This document shows, piece after piece, positions 43,637 through 52,144 of a stretch of 64,000 nt of DNA. Each line of letters starts with the position of its first letter. Position 1 is the first letter of the stretch. A program made the position numbers and the translations under genes. This stretch comes from Candidatus Nealsonbacteria bacterium (lineage in GTDB: Bacteria; Patescibacteriota; Minisyncoccia; Minisyncoccales; UBA6532). The stretch is from the NCBI GenBank assembly GCA_016186485.1, contig JACPLN010000008.1, positions 8,673-72,672 on the forward strand, read 5' to 3'. The notes under the pieces are model-generated. The model saw only the letters and a program-made list of their open reading frames with translations. It was not told the DNA's origin and ran no database searches.

Positions 43637-46273
43637 TTATTTATCCGGGAAACACTGCTTGCAGAGGTCGTAACTTTGAGAACCCGGCCCGCCAAGAAAA
43701 CTGCAGCTTGGAACTAAGGCAAACTGAGGACAAAACTGGGTGTAATCAAATTGTTCTTGGCCGCCAGAAAGGCTTGAACATTTACCTGCGCTTCCTGCTT
43801 CAAAGAGAGATCGCGCTTCCGATTCGCTTAAAGCCCTATTATACACGGAAACCTCATCAATTAAACCGTGGAAAAACTCGGAGCGCTGGTCATTCCATGC
43901 CCCGATTGTAAAGGACGATCCACTGGTTGATTGAGAATTTGCCGCTTGCCGAAGAATTGTGCCCTGTGACTGGCCGTCTACATATAATTGTATCCTGCCC
44001 AGGCTGTCTTTCGTAGCCACGGCATGATGCCACTCTCTAGCGCTAATGGGCGTAGTAATAATGCTTTGGCCATCCGATTGGGTGGTTGCCCCGACAGAAA
44101 ACTCTAATTGTTGGCCTATCCTCAACCAATATCCGGATCCGGCGTCGGGTCCATAATTTGATTTTCTAATAATGTTATTTACAACTTGTCCTGCTCCTTC
44201 GCCAGTCCAATTAAACCAGGCCTCCAATGAAAACGGGCCGGTTCCAAAGTTTAAATTCGCAGGGTTCCCCATGTTTATGTATCCGCTAGATCCATCAAAC
44301 TTAAATGCGTTTCCGACTTCCCCGGAAGCGATATTAACTCCACCAATAATTGTTCCATTATTCTCACCGAAATAATCCTCTGCCGTATCCCCCCGCCACC
44401 AGCTAATTAAACCCGAAAGAACTGGAACGCAACTCTGTGCCACCGGCGAACCACCACCGCCACCACCGCCTCCGCCGCATTCCTCAGGATGCTCTGTACA
44501 GTAAGTTACGCATTCTTCTTCTGATGTACAGCCGCCGGGACCGCCAGGAAATCCACCTCCGCCAGCTGGCGGACCGCCGCCGGGAGGTCCTCCGAATCCC
44601 TGGCAATCTTCAGGATGCCCTGTGCAATATTGTATGCATTCATCCGTGCTTTTACAGCCGCCGGGTCCGCCATTGAATCCTCCTCCCCCGAAATTACCGC
44701 CGCCGCCAAATGACTGCTCTAATTGCTGAAAACAACTTTCCAAACTTTCAAAATCCAAATCCTCGCCAAGTTCACCGCTCTGCAGTTTTTGCAGCCCCTC
44801 CTCCCCAACCGCATCTTTTATACACTGAGCGGCTTCCGGCGGAATATTTTGAAGCTGCTGACTAACTCCTTTAGTCATTTGAGCGAAACAAGACTTCATT
44901 TTACCCTCCAGCGTCCTGTCAAACATAGGTTTGCCCTCAAGCATATTATTGAAATTGCTTTCTCCAACGGCATCTTTGATACACTGGACCGCTTCCGGAG
45001 GCATTTTATCAAGCTCCTCTTTAAAACGCTCCATCCCCTTTTTCATCCTAGATAAATCCTCGTCTGAAATAAGGCCGTTTTCTTTTGCAAAATTGAAACA
45101 CTCTTCCTGGTTTTCAGAACAATATGCGTCGCACTGGTTTTTGCTTCGGCATCCGCCAGGGCCTTTGCCGCCGGTTTTTTTAATCATCTCTCTTTCCTCT
45201 TTAGAGAGCAGGCCGGCTTTGTCGGCAAAAGCAATGCATTCGTCCATATTTTCTTCCTCAAAACAGTATTTCTCACACTGTTCTTTAGAGGTGCAGCCGC
45301 CGGGAGTCTCGCCTCGGCGCATAAACTCCATCATCTTTCTGGCCTGGGCTATTTCTTCCTTTGGCAAAAACCCCGATTCCTCTGCAAAATCAAGGCATTC
45401 TTCCATGTGGCTGGCGTCATTGCAGTAAACCTCGCAGCCATTCCTGTCTTTGCATCCTCCGGGGAACTGCTTTCCCGCCCTAACCAACTCTTGAAACTTT
45501 CGAGCCTCGGCAAGTTCGTCGGGCGAGTAATATCCGGATTCTTCGGCAAAAGCAATGCATTCGTCAAGACGATCAACATTATTGCAATAACTCTCGCAAG
45601 ACGCCCCGGAGCTGCATCCGCCAGGACCCTTATTGACGTTTAAAAAACGATCAGCCGCCTCTTTTTGTTCCTGCTCTGAAATTAAGTTATATTTTTTTGC
45701 GAACGCAAAACACTCTTTGGCATGGATAGAAGCATCGCAATAGGTGCGGCATTCCTGTTCACCCGTGCAGCCCCCGAGTTCCTTAACCGGATATTGAACA
45801 TCGGAAAGGGTCAATTCTGTTGGCTTTTTTTCAACCTTTTCCTTGCCCGCCGTAGCCTTGGCAGAGGCGGGTTCTTTTACAACCGGGGCAGGCGCCTCCT
45901 CTTTTTTTTCAATTTTACTTTCGGATACGCCGTTAACCGGCGCGGGGATTTCCAACTTAGTGGTGTTATTTGCGCAATCAATAATGTAAGCCTGTATTGA
46001 CGGCAAAAAATCCTCCGGCAAAAGAGTTAAATTATTGTCATAAGAGGTTGGACAGCCGGCCAATAATCCCCCGTATGGCAGTTTGCCGGACGGCGTTATT
46101 GAAAACTCTAAAATTCCATCGGGATCAGTGATGGTAAAAACAAATAATTGGAATTCTGTTTCGCTTAAGTTTATTGATGAATCGGAGGCTGCGGCCTGAA
46201 CCTGAAAAATTAAAAAAACTGAAGATAAAGCAGTTATTGCAATAAAAATTGGTAGCAGTAAAATTTTTTTCAT
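43637..46273 (-). CDS. Large secreted protein with 7 Cys-rich GGCxxxxxCxxYC...EC repeats, a Gly-rich linker, and a C-terminal LamG/ConA-like lectin domain
   Basis: Signal peptide. The repeats span aa 167-600. The C-terminus has FDGSSGYINMG...WHHAVATKD...LYVDGQS...FHGLIDEVSVYNRALS (Laminin_G_3 pattern). Confidence 0.75.
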   Translation of the reverse strand: MKKILLLPIFIAITALSSVFLIFQVQAAASDSSINLSETEFQLFVFTITDPDGILEFSITPSGKLPYGGLLAGCPTSYDNNLTLLPEDFLPSIQAYIIDCANNTTKLEIPAPVNGVSESKIEKKEEAPAPVVKEPASAKATAGKEKVEKKPTELTLSDVQYPVKELGGCTGEQECRTYCDASIHAKECFAFAKKYNLISEQEQKEAADRFLNVNKGPGGCSSGASCESYCNNVDRLDECIAFAEESGYYSPDELAEARKFQELVRAGKQFPGGCKDRNGCEVYCNDASHMEECLDFAEESGFLPKEEIAQARKMMEFMRRGETPGGCTSKEQCEKYCFEEENMDECIAFADKAGLLSKEEREMIKKTGGKGPGGCRSKNQCDAYCSENQEECFNFAKENGLISDEDLSRMKKGMERFKEELDKMPPEAVQCIKDAVGESNFNNMLEGKPMFDRTLEGKMKSCFAQMTKGVSQQLQNIPPEAAQCIKDAVGEEGLQKLQSGELGEDLDFESLESCFQQLEQSFGGGGNFGGGGFNGGPGGCKSTDECIQYCTGHPEDCQGFGGPPGGGPPAGGGGFPGGPGGCTSEEECVTYCTEHPEECGGGGGGGGGSPVAQSCVPVLSGLISWWRGDTAEDYFGENNGTIIGGVNIASGEVGNAFKFDGSSGYINMGNPANLNFGTGPFSLEAWFNWTGEGAGQVVNNIIRKSNYGPDAGSGYWLRIGQQLEFSVGATTQSDGQSIITTPISAREWHHAVATKDSLGRIQLYVDGQSQGTILRQAANSQSTSGSSFTIGAWNDQRSEFFHGLIDEVSVYNRALSESEARSLFEAGSAGKCSSLSGGQEQFDYTQFCPQFALVPSCSFLGGPGSQSYDLCKQCFPDK

Positions 46274-46278
46274 AACTA

Positions 46279-46512
46279 TTATCTAAGCGGGTTTTTATAC
46301 TTAAACGGGTTGGCTAGGTCAAGAGGATTGACTTCGGGCACATTCTCGCCGGGATTTGTAGAAATTTCCGGCACACTTTTGGTTGCCTCTTTTGCCGCTC
46401 CTATGGTTCCTTTCAGCTCCGGTTTTGGTTTAAAGAAATAAAAATAACCGACGACCACCGCGGCAACAATTATTACTGCTGTTATTAACAAAACAATTTT
46501 TTTATTAAACAT
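46279..46512 (-). CDS. Small membrane-anchored protein
   Basis: 77 aa with one N-terminal TM. Confidence 0.45.
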   Translation of the reverse strand: MFNKKIVLLITAVIIVAAVVVGYFYFFKPKPELKGTIGAAKEATKSVPEISTNPGENVPEVNPLDLANPFKYKNPLR

Positions 46513-46593
46513 ATTTGCTTACTATATTTTACCACTTAATCAAAGCAAAAGAAAAAGCGGCTTTTCCACAAGCCGCCTTTTCTTCTCTATTCT

Positions 46594-46932
46594 CTAAAAA
46601 CCGGATAAATCGCTTTGTATATCCTGAAGTTCTGCATCAAGACCGGAAAGATCGGTGCCCAGCATATCGGCTTCAATAGCGCTAAGGTCGTCAGAACTGC
46701 GAACGCTTTGAAGATTCTTGGCTTCTTGGTCTACTCCTGATGGAAGCTTAATTCCCTCCCCCGCAAGAACTTGCTGTTCTTCCGAAGTCAAAGAAACCGA
46801 AGACAAATCTTGCTCTACAGAAAGCGACTCTTTTTTCTCAAAGGAAATCGGTTTGTACCCTTTTGTCACAAAGAACGCGAGTCCGGCAACAACAACGATG
46901 GCAATAAGAATGATGATAATTTTTTTGTCCAT
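46594..46932 (-). CDS. Small membrane-anchored acidic protein
   Basis: 112 aa with one N-terminal TM and a D/E/S-rich tail. Confidence 0.45.
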   Translation of the reverse strand: MDKKIIIILIAIVVVAGLAFFVTKGYKPISFEKKESLSVEQDLSSVSLTSEEQQVLAGEGIKLPSGVDQEAKNLQSVRSSDDLSAIEADMLGTDLSGLDAELQDIQSDLSGF

Positions 46933-46936
46933 AAAG

Positions 46937-47632
46937 TTATTGGGACAAAGCTTTAATGGCCAAAACTATCTCTTTTAATTTAGCGTGGAGATTCTCTGTT
47001 TCGGTTTTCAGCTCTTGGGCGATTTGGCGCGCCTCCTCCCCGATTCCTTGAGGATTCTCGCCTTCAAGAAGCGACTCGTATTTTGCCTTAAGCTCTTCCA
47101 GTTTGGCCCGGTTTTGGACGCTCATGTTCTTTGCTTCTTCAATGAGCGGCGTTACGGAAGAAACGTCAATGCCCTTCTCCTGGAGTTTTTGCGTTCTTGA
47201 TTCCAATCGGCCCAGAATATGGTCAAAACGGGCTGCCGCCGATCTGAAACGGTTCAACATTCTTAAACCCTTTCCGTGAGCTGCCGCAATGCGGGCTCTT
47301 TCTTTTACGTCCTTAATCTTTTCTCTAAAACCGGTCCTCAACTCCTGCGCTTTTTCTTTAACATTTTGGCGAAGCTCTTCGGCTCCTTTGCGCAAATCTT
47401 CTCTTTTATTCTGTAATTCCTTTTGTATATTCTGTTTTTGTTCTGGAGTTGCGCTCTTGCTCTTTATATTCTGCAAAAGCGATTGGGATTCTTGTTTCAG
47501 CGTTTCCCTTTGGGTCTGCAGTTGGGTTTTTAAATTCTGTCTCAGGATTTTAACATTCGTTTCTTGCGCCAAAACGACAGAAAAAGACATTAAGAATCCC
47601 AGCGTAATTGCTGCAAAAATTTTTCTCTGCAT
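46937..47632 (-). CDS. Secreted coiled-coil protein
   Basis: Signal peptide MQRKIFAAITLGFLMSFSVVLAQ, then Q/K/E-rich heptad-like sequence. Confidence 0.55.
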   Translation of the reverse strand: MQRKIFAAITLGFLMSFSVVLAQETNVKILRQNLKTQLQTQRETLKQESQSLLQNIKSKSATPEQKQNIQKELQNKREDLRKGAEELRQNVKEKAQELRTGFREKIKDVKERARIAAAHGKGLRMLNRFRSAAARFDHILGRLESRTQKLQEKGIDVSSVTPLIEEAKNMSVQNRAKLEELKAKYESLLEGENPQGIGEEARQIAQELKTETENLHAKLKEIVLAIKALSQ

Positions 47633-47704
47633 AAATCCTCTCGGGTTAATTACTAATTATTTTTGGATATCGACCTTTCCCTTATTTTATTTTATCAAAA
47701 TAAT

Positions 47705-48160
47705 TTAGGGCTGGAAAAGCTCTTCCGGCAAAAACCTGACTTGTTGGACTTCCGGAAATTGCTTTGCCGTGGCCTCTATTTGAAACCAAAGAATGCCAAC
47801 CCTGCAGGCTCCCCCAACGGTTTTATTCTTAGGGTCTTCAAATTCCAGAGTTAAGAAGCCGTCTTTTAACGAGGCGCCTTTTAGGGAGACCCCCTCTAAA
47901 TCGGCGAGTCCGCTCGAAAGCAAAAGTTTAACGGTGTCTTGAATCGGAGTTTGGGTGGTTGGAATTTTCCTCTCCACCGGCACCAGACCCTTACGGCTGC
48001 AAAGGATATTTCCATTTTCGTCTTTGTCCAACTCCTGGCTATAGTAGTATAGTTTTATTTCCCGCGAGGGCCGGCTAGCGGATTGAAAAACAAAATAGCC
48101 GGCCACGACCGCGGCCGTCATTACAATCGCAGTGATTACTTTTTTGTAATTTGTTTCCAC
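47705..48160 (-). CDS. GerMN-domain-like membrane-anchored protein (GTG start)
   Basis: LYYYSQELDKDENGNILCSRKGLVPVERKIP...TPIQDTVKLLL...LTLEF...QVRFLPEELFQP. Start set at GTG 48160. The upstream track extension overlaps the small ORF in another frame. Confidence 0.55.
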   Translation of the reverse strand: METNYKKVITAIVMTAAVVAGYFVFQSASRPSREIKLYYYSQELDKDENGNILCSRKGLVPVERKIPTTQTPIQDTVKLLLSSGLADLEGVSLKGASLKDGFLTLEFEDPKNKTVGGACRVGILWFQIEATAKQFPEVQQVRFLPEELFQP

Positions 48161-48315
48161 AGCCAGATTGCAACTAAAATTCCTACAATCAGCCAGACAA
48201 CATAAATGGATGTAATCAACCAAGAAGCAAATCCTCCCTGCCCCATTCCCATCATATTGCTTCCCCACATCTGCATCATCTGCCGCATCGTATCTGTTGA
48301 AAATACATTTTCCAT
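48136..48315 (-). CDS. 59-aa Gly/Met-rich single-TM peptide
   Basis: Own translation: MENVFSTDTMRQMMQMWGSNMMGMGQGGFASWLITSIYVVWLIVGILVAIWLWKQITKK. Confidence 0.4.
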   Translation of the reverse strand: MENVFSTDTMRQMMQMWGSNMMGMGQGGFASWLITSIYVVWLIVGILVAIWLWKQITKK

Positions 48316-48328
48316 ATATTATATGCTA

Positions 48329-48427
48329 CCAAAAAATCGCCCGGCCCGTAAGGCATAGGGCGATTTTTCGCTGGACGGAAACCTATTTGGTGAAATAAAA
48401 AGAGGAGAAACCTCAGGGTACTCCTCT
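48329..48427. repeat. Conserved 3'-flank module, copy A (hairpin 1, CGCTGGAC motif, A-run, hairpin 2)
   Basis: AAAAAATCGCCC..GGGCGATTTTT, then CGCTGGAC (48369-48376), then GGTGAAATAAAAAG, then the hairpin AGAGGAG..CTCCTCT. Confidence 0.5.
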
Positions 48428-48443
48428 ATTAACTTTTATAGCT

Positions 48444-48992
48444 CTAATGCCAAGGACTCTCCCAGTCGTAAGCCTCCTTAAGGCGCCCTAAACATCTCAG
48501 CTGAAGATATTTATAGGTCTTTTCGCCGCAAATCTCTCTTACAACAGAAAGAAAGACTAAACGCTTATCTTTACTGATCCTGCTCCCCTTTTCCGTGACA
48601 AGCTTGTCAAGTATACCCTGAAGAATTTCTACCGTTGGACGCCGGCTGACCAGAAAAAATCTCAATACTTGTGCTTGGTCTTGGATATTCATGTAGCCTT
48701 CGCTATCCCATATAGCAACGATGTCGGCCGAATTGAGCTCGCGAGATGTTAGTGTCGATATGGCTAATTTATAAAGCCTGCCGTTAATACCACCTCGTTG
48801 AAGGAAAATAAGCAAATCGTGTATTGCGAAGCGATGCGGTTGATCTTCAAGGAGATTCGCCAGTAATAGATTAAGTTCTCTGCATTGTCGTGGCGTCACG
48901 CCATCTATCGCATACTGGTATTGCCTAGTGTTCCACTTCTTTATTAGTTGTTTAAGTTCTATATCTGCAATATCCTTGGACTGTGTATTCAT
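48444..48992 (-). CDS. Hypothetical protein (182 aa from ATG 48992)
   Basis: ORF with an AAAGGTG ribosome-binding-like site 9 nt upstream. No recognised domain. Confidence 0.5.
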   Translation of the reverse strand: MNTQSKDIADIELKQLIKKWNTRQYQYAIDGVTPRQCRELNLLLANLLEDQPHRFAIHDLLIFLQRGGINGRLYKLAISTLTSRELNSADIVAIWDSEGYMNIQDQAQVLRFFLVSRRPTVEILQGILDKLVTEKGSRISKDKRLVFLSVVREICGEKTYKYLQLRCLGRLKEAYDWESPWH

Positions 48993-49096
48993 TTCTATTC
49001 GCACCTTTCAAATGAAACTACCATAGTCTATAAAAACTGTAAACCCCCAGGTTGTGGCCCCGCCTACGAGACCCTGCCTACCGGTAGGCAGGGATA

Positions 49097-50071
49097 TTAT
49101 AATCTGATTTCTTTCTCCAGCCAATCAATGTGTTGAGTTTTGCGTTTCCAGAAAATATCTTCCCAGATGTAGTGAGAAGCTAATTTCTCCCAATCCGCAT
49201 ATCGTTTTTTGAGGAAAAAAAGAATTTTGTTGACCGAAACGAGTTTCTTCTTAAATAACAGTCTTGAAAATATCTTTTGCTCCCATGGCGGAATTGTTTC
49301 TAAGGTACCGCAATGGTAGAAGTCATCGAAAAGAAGATATTCTACGGACGCCTTGCCAATTCCATAAAGTTTTAGGGCTTCTTTTTTCGCTTCATCTCTG
49401 GGCAATTTTCTTAACCGATATTCGTCTATTTCGCCGCTCGCGAACTGTTCCGAAATTCGCTTAAGAAACTTTGCGCGATAACCCAGTTTAAGCTTTCTCA
49501 AAACATCTTCGCTTACCCTCGCTATCGCTCGCGGTTTCCAAAATGCGGAAAGTATTTTGCCATCAAATTTCACCCTTTTGCCAAATCGCTTAAAAAGATT
49601 TTCTAACATCTGATGCGTTCGCCTTACCGTCGCATTTTGCAAAACTATGTAAATAATAAGCGTCTCGTAAAGAGAGTTAGCAGCTACTGGCTTCATACCC
49701 TTCCATTTTTTGATGAAAGGCGCCAGAACCCTGTCCTTTTTAAAGCGATTAATAAAATCGGCTATATCGTTCTCTGTATTAAAACGATATTTTATCTCTG
49801 GAATAAGCTTCTTAATAAATTCTTTATTGAGAGCCCTTTCTGAAAACACGCTTATTCTGATTTTAGGCCTATTGATAGTTCCGTCGTTTTCTAACTTAAA
49901 TCCCAATACTTTGCCGCCCCAAATCACTGTGATCCAATACTTTCCCTTCATCCATTCGTTGTCTGAAGATGGAAAATGAGACGGTTTGTGTATGGTTGCG
50001 TCAAAATTATATGGTGGTTTGGGCTGTAGGCTAAATGATGTTTTCGAATTTAGATTTAAAACTTTAGTCAT
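49097..50071 (-). CDS. HhH-GPD superfamily DNA glycosylase (AlkA/Ogg-like)
   Basis: LYETLIIYIVLQNATVRRTHQMLENLFKRFG and LKLYGIGKASVEYLLF (HhH). Start at MTKVLNLN (50071). The upstream track extension covers module copy B. Confidence 0.68.
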   Translation of the reverse strand: MTKVLNLNSKTSFSLQPKPPYNFDATIHKPSHFPSSDNEWMKGKYWITVIWGGKVLGFKLENDGTINRPKIRISVFSERALNKEFIKKLIPEIKYRFNTENDIADFINRFKKDRVLAPFIKKWKGMKPVAANSLYETLIIYIVLQNATVRRTHQMLENLFKRFGKRVKFDGKILSAFWKPRAIARVSEDVLRKLKLGYRAKFLKRISEQFASGEIDEYRLRKLPRDEAKKEALKLYGIGKASVEYLLFDDFYHCGTLETIPPWEQKIFSRLLFKKKLVSVNKILFFLKKRYADWEKLASHYIWEDIFWKRKTQHIDWLEKEIRL

Positions 50072-50114
50072 ATTTAATTCAGCATCCAACTTATCCGCAT
50101 TTAATAATCTTATC

Positions 50115-50213
50115 AAAAAACATCGCCCGCGGCGATGCTTATCCAATTTTGCTCCGGGCGCTGGACTATTTTTGGAAATAAAAAAAGCGGGTTGAAGTTA
50201 TCGCACCGCATTT
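50115..50213. repeat. Conserved 3'-flank module, copy B
   Basis: AAAAAACATCGCCCGCGGCGATG, then GCTCCGGGCGCTGGACTATTTTTGGAAATAAAAAAAG, then a hairpin, then a T run. Confidence 0.5.
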
Positions 50214-50238
50214 ATTTTTTGTTGAAACTAGCGCATCT

Positions 50239-50508
50239 TCACTCGGGCTTGCCTTCGGGCATGAATTTCTCGGGACCTCCGGGGGGCAAATCTACCGGTT
50301 CAGTGTACTTGACAGCCCCGCGTTGTACAACTTTGAGATCCGGCGCATCGAAAGTTTTAGACTCTGGCAGTTTACCGTCTTTTTCAACCATTGGTTGAAC
50401 ACTTATCCGGTCACAACCATTTAGATATCGATGAAGTGCCACCGCGATGCCTTTAAATCCTGAAACCCGGTCCTTCACCAGATCACCAAGTTTCGCTTTG
50501 TGATTCAT
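50239..50508 (-). CDS. Hypothetical 89-aa protein, GC-richer
   Basis: Own TTGACA-17-TAACTT promoter (50536-50564, minus strand) and a strong AAAGGAGGTG site. No recognised domain. Confidence 0.55.
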   Translation of the reverse strand: MNHKAKLGDLVKDRVSGFKGIAVALHRYLNGCDRISVQPMVEKDGKLPESKTFDAPDLKVVQRGAVKYTEPVDLPPGGPEKFMPEGKPE

Positions 50509-50630
50509 TCTTTCATTTCACCTCCTTTCCTAAATAAGTTATCACACGTATAAAAAATTGTCAATCCCCATGGTTACATTCTACTCCGAAATGCAACACG
50601 AAACAGGAATTGTTTAATTAACCATTTCTT

Positions 50631-50700
50631 TACTGACTCCGGACGTTGGACTATTTTCGGGAAACAAAAAGAGGAAGAACCTTATGGTTTCTTACCTTCT
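50631..50700. repeat. Conserved 3'-flank module, copy C
   Basis: TTACTGACTCCGGACGTTGGACTATTTTCGGGAAACAAAAAG, then the hairpin GAGGAAGAACC..GGTTTCTTACCTTC. Confidence 0.5.
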
Positions 50701-50716
50701 TATTTTAAGAGACGGT

Positions 50717-51058
50717 TTACCTTGCAGAAAGGCTAGCGGGAATCCAGATCTCCCTTCTGTTAGAACTACAAGCATCCAATACTAATAGTTTCCCTCTTAT
50801 CTTTTTAGCATAATCTTGTAAGGCCGCAGTCGGCGTTCTGCCTTCACCATAAGTGCTAATCAATAATCCATCATCCTCATCTTTTTTGGTCTCAGAATTC
50901 TTAAACTCACAGGTGAATCTATGATCCTGACTTGGAATATTTGGAAAACGCGTGATAACTAAGTCTCTTCCTATAATGTCAGCAAGCTCGCATATATTCA
51001 TCTTATTCGTCTCCCCGTCTCTAATAATGATGTTAGCATTTACATGTTTTTCTGTCAA
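50717..51058 (-). CDS. Hypothetical protein (start uncertain: TTG 51058 or the internal ATG at MNICELAD)
   Basis: 113-aa ORF. The internal ATG has GGGGAG 8 nt upstream. Confidence 0.45.
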   Translation of the reverse strand: MTEKHVNANIIIRDGETNKMNICELADIIGRDLVITRFPNIPSQDHRFTCEFKNSETKKDEDDGLLISTYGEGRTPTAALQDYAKKIRGKLLVLDACSSNRREIWIPASLSAR

Positions 51059-51366
51059 CTCCTACAGAACTCCATAACATGTTGGAAAACAAAACCGCCT
51101 TCTCCTTCGGTTTTATTCAGGACAGGTTGGCGATTTTTCACGGCTTGCGCTGAGTTTGTCGAAGTGCTCCCCAGTTCAACAATTAACCGACTTGTGGTGA
51201 GCCGAATCGAACCAAAGCTTATTTCTATTCTGGAGAACAGGGAGTATATGACGATGTTGAAGGAGAAACTGGCGGAAATTAAGCGGTTTTGCAGGATGCC
51301 AGCCTTAACTTCAGCAAATTAAAAAATGGCTGCCTAGGATATTCCTGACAGCCACTTATAAACATT

Positions 51367-51915
51367 TTATTTTATAGAGAGAACTGGCGTTGTGTACCAT
51401 CCAGGATGAGAGCCATCAAGACATTTAATTTCTATGCCATCGCTAACGCTCAAGTAAATTATAATACAACGAGTAAAATCAAGGGGGTTGCCATCTCGAG
51501 AAACAGTCCTTTCCCCCTTTTGGTTAGCTTCGCCAAACCGATATACCGAATTACGAGTGGTAACGATAATAGCCTTTGTGGGAATTTCTGCCATTTTTTG
51601 AATAAGGGGGTTGGGGATATTGAGAGCAAGATAAATATTAGCGAGCGATCTTCTGTTTTGCGTACCCGCATGCCCTGGCGCGTCAGCACTACCCTTAATA
51701 TCTGGATGTTGATATTGCCAATTACTTTCCCATTCCTTTTCACATTCAATCAAAACTTCGTCAACAGATTTATTGTTTTCATTTGCAAATAGAAAGATAC
51801 TTGCAATCACAATTTGACCGTCTTTAGAAAATCCTCTGTTTAAGAAGTCTTCAATTCGCCTAATCTCACCACTTGTAAAATGAGCTTCCAATTTGACTTT
51901 TATTTCGCTATCCAT
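51367..51915 (-). CDS. Hypothetical protein (~182 aa)
   Basis: AAAGGAGGG precedes two in-frame ATGs. The second (51915) has ideal spacing. No recognised domain. Confidence 0.5.
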   Translation of the reverse strand: MDSEIKVKLEAHFTSGEIRRIEDFLNRGFSKDGQIVIASIFLFANENNKSVDEVLIECEKEWESNWQYQHPDIKGSADAPGHAGTQNRRSLANIYLALNIPNPLIQKMAEIPTKAIIVTTRNSVYRFGEANQKGERTVSRDGNPLDFTRCIIIYLSVSDGIEIKCLDGSHPGWYTTPVLSIK

Positions 51916-51989
51916 TACCATCCCTCCTTTTTAAATTACTATAGCTATACTACAAAATTACAAAGCAAAAAGCAATACTATTCAAAAAA

Positions 51990-52008
51990 GTTCGAGTCCT
52001 GCCCCGGG
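51990..52008 (+). repeat. Inverted, diverged copy of the tRNA-Asn 3' end
   Basis: GTTCGAGTCCTGCCCCGGG on the plus strand against GTTCGAATCCTGCCCGCGG in tRNA-Asn on the minus strand, about 60 bp away. Confidence 0.5.
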
Positions 52009-52068
52009 TAAGTCAAAATTCCGCCAAAATAGCGGAATTTTTAAGCTAAAGTTAGACTAAAATGGTTG

Positions 52069-52140
52069 CTCCGCGGGCAGGATTCGAACCTGCAACCTAG
52101 TGCTTAACAGGCACCCGCGCTACCATTGCGCCACCGCGGA
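52069..52140 (-). tRNA. tRNA-Asn (anticodon GUU)
   Basis: Acceptor TCCGCGG/CCGCGGA, D arm GCGC-AATGGTA-GCGC, anticodon stem GGTGC/GCACT with loop CTGTTAA, T arm GCAGG-TTCGAAT-CCTGC. Confidence 0.9.
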
Positions 52141-52144
52141 ATAA

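Noticed and set aside
49071-49092. Perfect 22-bp palindrome CCCTGCCTACCGGTAGGCAGGG as a regulatory operator or recombination site
   Set aside because: It lies 4 nt past the stop of the glycosylase gene between convergent or tandem units. It is most simply a terminator stem. No second copy was seen in the window.
48329-51117. Integron-like cassette array, with CGyTGGAC modules acting as attC sites
   Set aside because: Only one copy gives a proper GTTRRRY core (GTTGGAC at 50646-50652). No matching RYYYAAC partner lies at an appropriate distance. There is no intI or attI. The hairpins with flanking A and T runs are adequately explained as bidirectional intrinsic terminators.
51044-51322. Track ORF 51044-51322 (plus strand, 92 aa)
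   Set aside because: It has no ribosome-binding or promoter context, it spans a repeat module and a tRNA-like remnant, and its composition is consistent with a chance frame in a GC-richer spacer.
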